Shown one piece after another: positions 22,533-29,675 of a DNA stretch of 29,675 nt (within the stretch, counting starts at the first letter, position 1; every line of letters begins with the position of its first letter). The position numbers and the translations under genes were made by a program. The notes under the pieces were generated by a model. That model saw nothing but the letters and a program-made list of their open reading frames with translations. It did no database searches and had not been told where the DNA came from. Origin of the DNA: Octopus sinensis (lineage: Eukaryota); contig NW_021836492.1 in NCBI RefSeq assembly GCF_006345805.1, positions 1 through 29,675 on the forward strand. The letters are read 5' to 3'.

Positions 22533-22780
22533 GCTTTATTAATAAAACTATAAAGACATTACAAAAACTGTTACTCAGAGTTTCACGTTACCGTTTGTCG
22601 GACAGTTTTGGTTGAAAATAGAACAAAATATGAACCATATTTTGTTCCATTCTCAACCAAAACTGTCCGACAAAAGGGAACGTGAAACTCTGAGTAAGAG
22701 TTTTTGTGATATCTTTGCAGCTTTATAAATAAAGCCTCTAGTATTCGAGTACTATTTTCTTCCACTTTGTTTCGCATTTA
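22533..22780. mobile_element. About 200-bp hairpin of family F2 with an HHR-like motif in each arm
   Basis: Arms 22533-22632 and 22636-22735 with a 3-nt loop. Minus: aaaactgt CCGACAA acg gtaa cgt GAAA ctctgag TA acagtttt. Plus: aaaactgt CCGACAA aag ggaa cgt GAAA ctctgag TA agagtttt. Confidence 0.85.
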
Positions 22781-22847
22781 TATGCTTATTCTGGAATATA
22801 TTTTTTCTTTCTTCTCCTTTTCCATATATATATATTTTTTTTTTTTC

Positions 22848-23017
22848 ACATTTTTTCTCTCCTTGTTTCTCTCATTGTTTTTTGTGAGTCCTTTTCTGTA
22901 GAAGGGCGTAGGCTCGAAACATAAAAGACTTTTTCTATTCCTGAGCGTTATACTAATACATCTGTTTGTTTTGTACACCACCTATCTTCGTCTTTTGTCT
23001 TTTTCGTAAACTCCCCC

Positions 23018-23018
<1 letters not shown>
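22848..23018 (+). mobile_element. Family C repeat (copy 2)
   Basis: tttt CTGTAGA a GGGC gtag GCTC GAAA CA TA aaag. Confidence 0.7.
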
Positions 23019-23056
<38 letters not shown>

Positions 23057-23174
23057 GATCTCATTCGTCTGTTTGAATTCGGAAGTACTGGTCGTTGGAT
23101 ATACGTTGTCTGATGTCGCCTGGTCAGATAAGTATGTTAATTTTTCAGTGCTCTCAAATTTAATATTTTCAATT

Positions 23175-23257
23175 ACTGTACTGAAGACGAGAATGAGAGA
23201 GTAGAAATAGGATTTTACATTTTTCACATCTCTCTAACTCCGAAACGCGTATATAGT
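23175..23257 (+). ncRNA. Type I hammerhead ribozyme, canonical core (F1 family, diverged copy within 23125-23430)
   Basis: Stem I actgta/tatagt; CTGAAGA 23181-23187; stem II GAG..GAGAGA/TCTCTC..CTC with a C.C mismatch at its base; GAAA 23242-23245; CGCG; GUA site ending at 23251. Confidence 0.75.
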
Positions 23258-23480
23258 TAATCAAAGCCGGGTGGATTCGTTATTTTTTCTCTCTTCTTTA
23301 TCTGCGTGAGTTGTTGAGTATTGCTGTTTGGGAGATTTTTTTATGGTAGTGAAATTGTAGTTGTTAACTGGTATATCTAAATTTCGGTATGTGGTGATGC
23401 AATTTTTGCTGAACCCTAATTATAATTATACTCATAATTATAGAAGTAATATATATATATATATATATTATAGATATATA

Positions 23481-23520
<40 letters not shown>

Positions 23521-23521
<1 letters not shown>

Positions 23522-23871
23522 GACTGCGGCTTATGCTGAGCACCGCCTTTAGTCGAGAGAATAGACAACAAGACTTATACTTGTAAGCCTAGTACTTATT
23601 CTTATTTTGCCGAGCCCTAAGTTACGGGGACGTAAACACACCAGCATCGGTTGTCAAGCGGTGGTGGAAGGACAAACACAGACACAAGCATACATATATA
23701 TATTTATACGACGGGTCTCTTTAGTTTCCGCCTACCGAATCCACTCACAAGGCTTTGGTCGGCCGAAGCTATAGTAGAAGACACTTGCCCAAGGTGCCAC
23801 GCAGTGGGACTGAACACGGAACCATGTGGTTCGTAAGTAAGCTACTTACCACACAACCATCAGCTACGCCT
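23521..23871 (-). mobile_element. Family B SINE, diverged
   Basis: Consensus match; the tail is lost in (TA)n. Confidence 0.8.
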
Positions 23872-24174
23872 ATATAAGTAAGTAAACTATGAAATATATA
23901 TAAAAAAAGTGGTGGGTCGCTGAGGGTAATATGTGGCCATGAGAGGGGCGGTGGCCCAAAATGTTTGAGAAACTCTGGTCTAAAGTAAATGGTGATTGGC
24001 TTGGCTGGCTTGTCAGAATTTGAACATACATGATAGTGAAACAAAACAGAATAGACCAGAGCCTTTTAGTCCGGCGCTCCATCAGGTTTGCCTCTTTTCA
24101 TCTCTTTCTATTCACCCACCTCAGCTTATTATTAAAATTTTTATTTACATTCGCAAAAGGGCACAGATTTATAG

Positions 24175-24910
24175 AGGTGGTGGCGGTGGTGGTGCGGGTG
24201 AGGATGATGAATGTGGCAGCTGTGGCGATGGCGATGGTGGTAGTGATAATACGTGTAGTGTTGTTGTGTTGTTGTTGCTGTTGTTGTTGGTGGTGGTGGT
24301 GGTTGTGTGGTGGTGGTGGTTGTGGTGGTGGTGTTGTGTGGTGGTTGTGGTGGTGGTGTGGTGGTGGTGTTTTGGTTGTGGTGGTGTTGGTTGGTGGTGT
24401 TGGTCATGGTGGTGGTGGTGTTGGTGGTTGTAGTGGTGGTGGTGGTGGTGGTGGTGGTGGTGGTTGTGGTGGTAGTGGTTTTGTAAACGATGTCGATGGT
24501 TATGATGACGGTGACGGTGACAGTGGTGATAGTAGTGGTTGTGGTGGGGTGTGGTCACATGGTGGTGGTGTGGTGGTGGTTGTAGGGGTGGTGGTGGTTG
24601 TGGTGGTGGTGGTGGTGGTGGTGGTGGTGGTTGTGGTCATGGTGGGGTGGTGGTGGTGGTTGTAGTGGTGTTGTGGTGGTGGTGGTGGTGTGGGGGTGGT
24701 AGTGGTGGTGGTGTTTGTGGTGGTGTGGTTTGTAGTGGTGGTGGTGGTTGTGGTGGTGGTGGTTGAGTGGTGGTAGTGGTTGTGGTGGTGGTGGTTGTGG
24801 TGGTGGTGTGGTTGTAGTGGTGGTGGTGGTGGTGGTGGTTGTAATGATGTCGATGGTTATGATGACGGTGACAGTGGCAGTGGTGATAGTAGTGGTTGTG
24901 GTGGAGGTGG
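24175..24910. repeat. (GGT/GTT)n low-complexity array with internal duplication
   Basis: The cassette gatgtcgatggttatgatgacggtgac...agtggtgatagtagtggttgtgg occurs at about 24489 and 24846. Confidence 0.9.
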
Positions 24911-25554
24911 TATGTTGATGAGCTCTCGGCTGTCTAAAGTGCAGACTATGAAATATAAATGAATGAACGGGTGCAATGAAGAACAATGCGTTTCTTCGCG
25001 TTACAGCTTATTAAAATAACGATTTCTTGAGATTAGGCACGTAGCCATATTTCTTTTTAATGGAGTGACAAATTGCAAATCGTGACATTCCTGTTTTTTA
25101 AGCACATTCCCCAACCTTCCCTAACCCAAAATGATACAAAAATTAAAAAAAAACAAAACATTTCAACGTAATTGAAGTGAACAGACTTGAACCGGGAATC
25201 GAAACCGCTTCTTAGATTTGACATCATTCGCCTCCTCAAATGTTAGCGCTTGCTCTCATGATTTCATTTACGCAAATTTAGAGAGAGGGCGAGGAAGAAG
25301 TTAGCGGATGTAGACGACACTTAGTTGGTTCCTGTTATATTGGGTAGAAATAAATAATGAATTAATGAAATTTAAACTATGATGTTGTGAGGTTCATGCC
25401 TTCCTCCCAATAGTGTTTTTTTTGCCATTCTGTGATGTTAGAGAACGGATGAAAGTGTCAGTAAACGGAATGTTCTGTAAGTTTGTGAAGGTCAATCGAA
25501 GAACCGCACACTACCCAGTGCGCCCTCTTGTGGTGAATTTGCAGAAAGTGTAAA

Positions 25555-25853
25555 GTGGAGGCACATGGCCAAGTGGGTAGAGCAGCGGACTCGCGGTCGA
25601 GAGATCGCGGGTTCGAATCTCAGACCGGGTTATTTGTGTGTTTATGAGCGAAACACCTAAGCTCCAGGCGGCTCCGGCAGAAGGCAATGGCGAACTTCTG
25701 CTGACTCTTTCACCACAACTTTCTCTCACTCTTACAGCTCGCCTGCGACGGACCGGCGTCCCGTCCAGGTGGGGAACCTATACGCCAAGGAAACCGGGAA
25801 ACCGGCCCTTATGAGCCAGGCGTCGCTCGAGAAGGAACAACCAACAAACAACA
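25555..25853 (+). mobile_element. tRNA(Arg)-like SINE with family A head and body but a different 3' tail ending in (CAA)n
   Basis: gtggaggcacatggccaagtgggtagagcagcggacTCGcggtc...ggttcgaatctc; body ctctttcaccacaactttctctcac as in family A; tail cctgcgacggaccggcgtcccgtccagg. Confidence 0.85.
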
Positions 25854-25892
25854 ATAAAGCATCCAGCAATATCTTAGAATTTATACAGATAT

Positions 25893-26303
25893 AGGCGCAG
25901 GAGTGGCTGTGTGGTAAGTAGCTTGTCTACCAACCACATGGTTCCGGGTTCAGTCCCACTGCGTGGCACCTTGGGCGAGTGTCTCCTACTATAGCCTCGG
26001 GCCGACCAAAGCCTTGTGAGTGGATTTGGTAGACGGAAACTGAAAGAATCCCGTCGTATATATGTATATATATATATGCGTGTGTGTGTGTTTGTTTGTA
26101 TGTATTTGTCCCCCTAGCATTGCTTGACAACCGATGCTGGTGTGTTTATGTCCCCGTTACTTAGCGGTTCGGTAAAAGAGACCGATAAAATAAGTACTGG
26201 GCTTACAAAAGAATAAGTCCCGGGGTCGATTTGCTCGATTAAAGGCGGTGCTCCAGCACGGCCGCAGTCAAATGACTGAAACAAGTAAAAGAGTAAAAGA
26301 GTA
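25893..26303 (+). mobile_element. Family B SINE, full length
   Basis: Consensus match. Confidence 0.9.
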
Positions 26304-26423
26304 TACAATATCGATTCTCCAGAACATCTGGTTCCAGATCCTTTCCTGATTAGTGATGTTTCCGAATCAAAAATAGTCACCTAAGTCAACACACACGAAA
26401 TTAAACAAATATTAAATTTATTT

Positions 26424-27062
26424 AGGAGTGGCTGTGTGGTAAGTAGCTTACTTGCCAACCACATGGTTCCGGGTTCAGTCCCACTGCTTGGCACGTTGGG
26501 CAAGTGTCTTCTACTATAGCCTCGGGCTGACCAAAGACGGAAACTGAAAGAAACCCGTCGTATAAATATGTATATCTATATGTATGCCATGATAGATCGT
26601 TAGCCACTACGCACATTTCTTTTCTCCCCTTGTTTCTCTTCTTGTTTTCTGTGTCCCTTTCTGTAGAAGAGCGTAGGCTCGAAACGTAAAAGACTTTTTC
26701 TATTCCTGAGCGTTATACCATACAGCTGTTTGTTTTGTACACCACCTGTCTTCCGTCTTTTGTTTTTTTCCATAAACTCTCCCTAATGTATGTATGTATG
26801 TATGTATGTATGTATGTATGTATGTATGTATGTATGTATGTATGCGTGTGTTTTTGTGTCTGTGTTTGTCCTTCCACCATCGCTTGACAACCGATGCTGG
26901 TGTGTTTACGCCCCCGTAACTTAGCGGTTCAGCAAAAGAACCCGATAGAAATAAGTACTAGGTTTACAAAGAATAAGTTCTGTTGTCGATATGATCCACT
27001 AAAGGCGGTACACCAGCATGGCCGCAGTCAAATGACTGAAACAAGTAAAAGAGCAAAAGAGT
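26424..27062 (+). mobile_element. Family B SINE with a family C element (26586-26785) nested in its internal microsatellite
   Basis: B 5' half 26424-26562; C insert containing cttt CTGTAGA a GAGC gtag GCTC GAAA CG TA aaag (26657-26692); (TATG)n; B 3' half 26845-27062. Confidence 0.85.
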
Positions 27063-27357
27063 GTAAATAAATGAAATACAGGTACCGTTTTAATTGGTGT
27101 TAATTAGTGCGGATTATAAACGGTTCAGGACAATCAGTGTCCGGAAAGTCCGTGCTGTACTTGTTTTCTCTCATAATTTCATGGTAGTGCTCCAGCTCGG
27201 CAAAGCTCAATAGTAATTACGAAAACAGTAAGTACGAAAATGAGTTCAATTTCAATAATTGTCGAGTTTGTTTCTTATCCATCAATTCAGTATTTATAAA
27301 TTAGATTTAAACAGCATCGGTGTGTATAATATTCACAATGTATATATAAACATATAT

Positions 27358-27766
27358 AGGCGCTGGAGTGGCTGTGTGGTAAGTAGCTTGCTTATCAACC
27401 ACATGGTTCCGGGTTCAGTCCCACTGCGTGGCATCTTGGGCAAGTGTCTTCTGCTATAGCCTCGGGCCGACCAAAGCCTTGTGAGTGGATTTGGTATATG
27501 GAAACTGAAAGAAGCCCATCGTATATATGTATGTATATATATATATATGCGGTTGTGTGTTTGTGTGTCTGTGTTTGTCCCCCTAGCATTGCTTGACAAC
27601 GATGCTGGTTGTTTAATGTCCCCGTTACTTAGCGGTTCGGCAAAAGAGACCGATAAAGTAAGTACTGGGCTTACAAAAGAATAAGTCCCGGGGTCGAGTT
27701 GCCGACTAAAGGCGGTGCTCCAGCATGGCCGCAGTCAAATGACTGAAACGAGTAAAAGAGTAAAAG
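27358..27766 (+). mobile_element. Family B SINE, full length
   Basis: Consensus match. Confidence 0.9.
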
Positions 27767-27897
27767 GTTAAAACATGGCACGGTACTGGCTGTCATTTTT
27801 CTTTTCTTCTTTCTTTCTTTCTTTTTTTTCCGTCTCAGGCAAAATTCTCTAAAAGACTTTAATGTTATAACAAGTGGTTTATCTCACAACGACGGTG

Positions 27898-27947
27898 ATT
27901 CATCAGACAAGCTGTTTCGACCTGATGTGCTCTCTTCAGAAGTGAAT
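27898..27947 (-). ncRNA. Type I hammerhead motif, canonical core with imperfect stems (family F5)
   Basis: attcactt CTGAAGA gagc acatca ggtc GAAA cagcttg TC tgatgaat. GUC site; stem I pairs only distally (attca/tgaat); one G.G mismatch in stem II. Confidence 0.6.
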
Positions 27948-28211
27948 GTCTCGCTCTGAGCGACGTTCTGTGTTTTTTCACACACAAATCTCTTTGAAAA
28001 TCTTATCTGAGACAAAATATTAGATAGGGCCGTTCCGTTTTTATATCTATCAATCTAGGGCGGGTAAAATTCCCGAGACCCATGGATGGGTTCTCTCCAG
28101 TGGTCTTCGTCTGTCATCTCCTCATCATCAGCCATGTCCTGTGCCTCTCAGAAAGCAGTGTCCAAAGATTTAGGGCCTTGTACCTAGAGTAGAAAGATTA
28201 TTACCATGTTT

Positions 28212-28610
28212 AAGACGGTGAGCTGGCAGAAACGTTAGCACGCCGGGCGAAATACTTAGCAGTATTTCGTCTGACGTTACGTTCTTAGTTCAAATTCCGT
28301 CGAGGTCGACTTTGCTTTTCATCCTTTCGGGGTCGATAAATGAGTACCAGTTACGCACTGGGGTCGATGTAATTAACTTAATCCGTTTGTCTGTCCTTGT
28401 TTGTCCACTCTATGTTTAGCCCCTTGTGGGTAGTAAAGAAATAGGTATTTCGTCTGCCTTTACGTTCTGAGTTCAAATTCCGCTCAGGTCGAGATTGCCT
28501 TTCATCCTTTCGAGGTCGACAAAATAAGTACCCCTTGTGTAGTGAGGTCGATCTCATCGACTAGCCCTCTCCTCCAAAATTTCAGGCCTTTTACCTATAA
28601 GTAGAAAGGG
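28212..28610 (+). mobile_element. Dimeric family D SINE
   Basis: Monomer 28212-28443 followed by a second partial unit; same layout as the reverse complement of 16845-17228. Confidence 0.85.
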
Positions 28611-29107
28611 TTATTACAGTTGAGTTTTCAATTTCCTTATTGTTGCTATTCCGCAAACTGTTGTTATTGGTGGTGATGAGAGCTGAGATAAGGCGGCGGC
28701 GATAGCGGGGGTAGTATTGATGGTAGTATTGGTGGTAGTAGTAGTAGTAGTGGTGGTACAGTAAGGGTCATAGAGGTAGTAGTTATGTTATTAACTAAGA
28801 GAAGAAAGTTGTCTTCAATCTGTGAAAGGGGCAAACTCCTCCACCCTACCTGCTTCTCCTCTCACAATTCTCTCATTGCTTCACTGAAAACATCACCGCC
28901 ATATTTGTTGATTTGAAATTTTCAATAAAAAAATTTTTCCTTTCTTTCTTTCCGTCTTTCTTTCTTTTTTCTATCACTATATAAGTATACATGCACATAC
29001 GTAAGTACACACACACACGCACACACATATAAATATATACCATACACATAATCGATATATATTATAATACATACGCACACACACTCACGTTATATATATA
29101 TATATAG

Positions 29108-29141
<34 letters not shown>

Positions 29142-29500
29142 ATATATTTATATATATAATATATATATTTATTATATATATACATATGTACATTTACATA
29201 CACACAACACCACACATACGCACACAAACAACATAAACACGCACGTACACAAACACACACGCACTATACATGTTATGTAAATGAAGAGTTGGATAGATCC
29301 TTTGTTTCTTGTTCCCTTGTCCTTTGGAAGTAAACAACCCCTTGAGGTCGTGGTTAGTTTAATACCAAAAAGAAAAAAAAAGGCAACAAAAAAAAACAAG
29401 AATAACAAGCCCTGAAAAAGTCAAATAAAATAAAAAAACAAACAATTATTTCCAAGACACACAGACCGAACTCAAAATTTCTACCTACACAGAAGCAGAC

Positions 29501-29502
<2 letters not shown>

Positions 29503-29581
<79 letters not shown>

Positions 29582-29675
29582 TAATAATAATAATAATATG
29601 ATAATAATAATAATAATGATAATAATAATAATAATAATAATGATAATAATAATAATAATGATAATAATAATAATA
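29503..29675. repeat. (TAA)n microsatellite running off the window end
   Basis: Directly visible. Confidence 0.97.

Noticed and set aside
23996-24986. Gly/Val/His/Thr-rich ORFs
   Set aside because: Translations of the (GGT)n array, open in many frames on both strands.
25442-25476. 35-nt exon candidate (AG...GTAAGT)
   Set aside because: Weak polypyrimidine tract and too short to distinguish from chance.
25555-25635. tRNA-Arg(TCG) gene
   Set aside because: No proper acceptor stem, and it continues into a SINE body. It is a SINE head, as at 1465-1544 and 2455-2535.

Overview
Repeat-dense, AT-rich eukaryotic non-coding DNA (intergenic or intronic). The SINE and microsatellite content suggests a cephalopod, probably Octopus; this is inferred from repeat style, not from a search. 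No intact host gene is visible, and almost all listed ORFs are SINE or microsatellite artefacts. Recognisable elements: about 30 SINE copies or fragments from at least four modular tRNA-derived families (three with clear target-site duplications), RTE-like LINE fragments, a DD37D (maT) transposase relic with a nested piggyBac-like MITE, a non-autonomous Helitron, and a Penelope-like GIY-YIG relic split by a SINE. The main unexplained signal is a dense set of type I hammerhead ribozyme (HHR) motifs from at least five unrelated sequence families. Three copies have canonical cores (13145-13236 +, 23175-23257 +, 27898-27947 -). Two repeated families carry non-canonical cores (CCGAC[G/A]A and CUGUAGA-A). 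Most have very short, palindromic stem III, lie next to microsatellites, and several sit in long inverted repeats, as expected for Penelope-like pseudo-LTRs or retrozyme-like elements.
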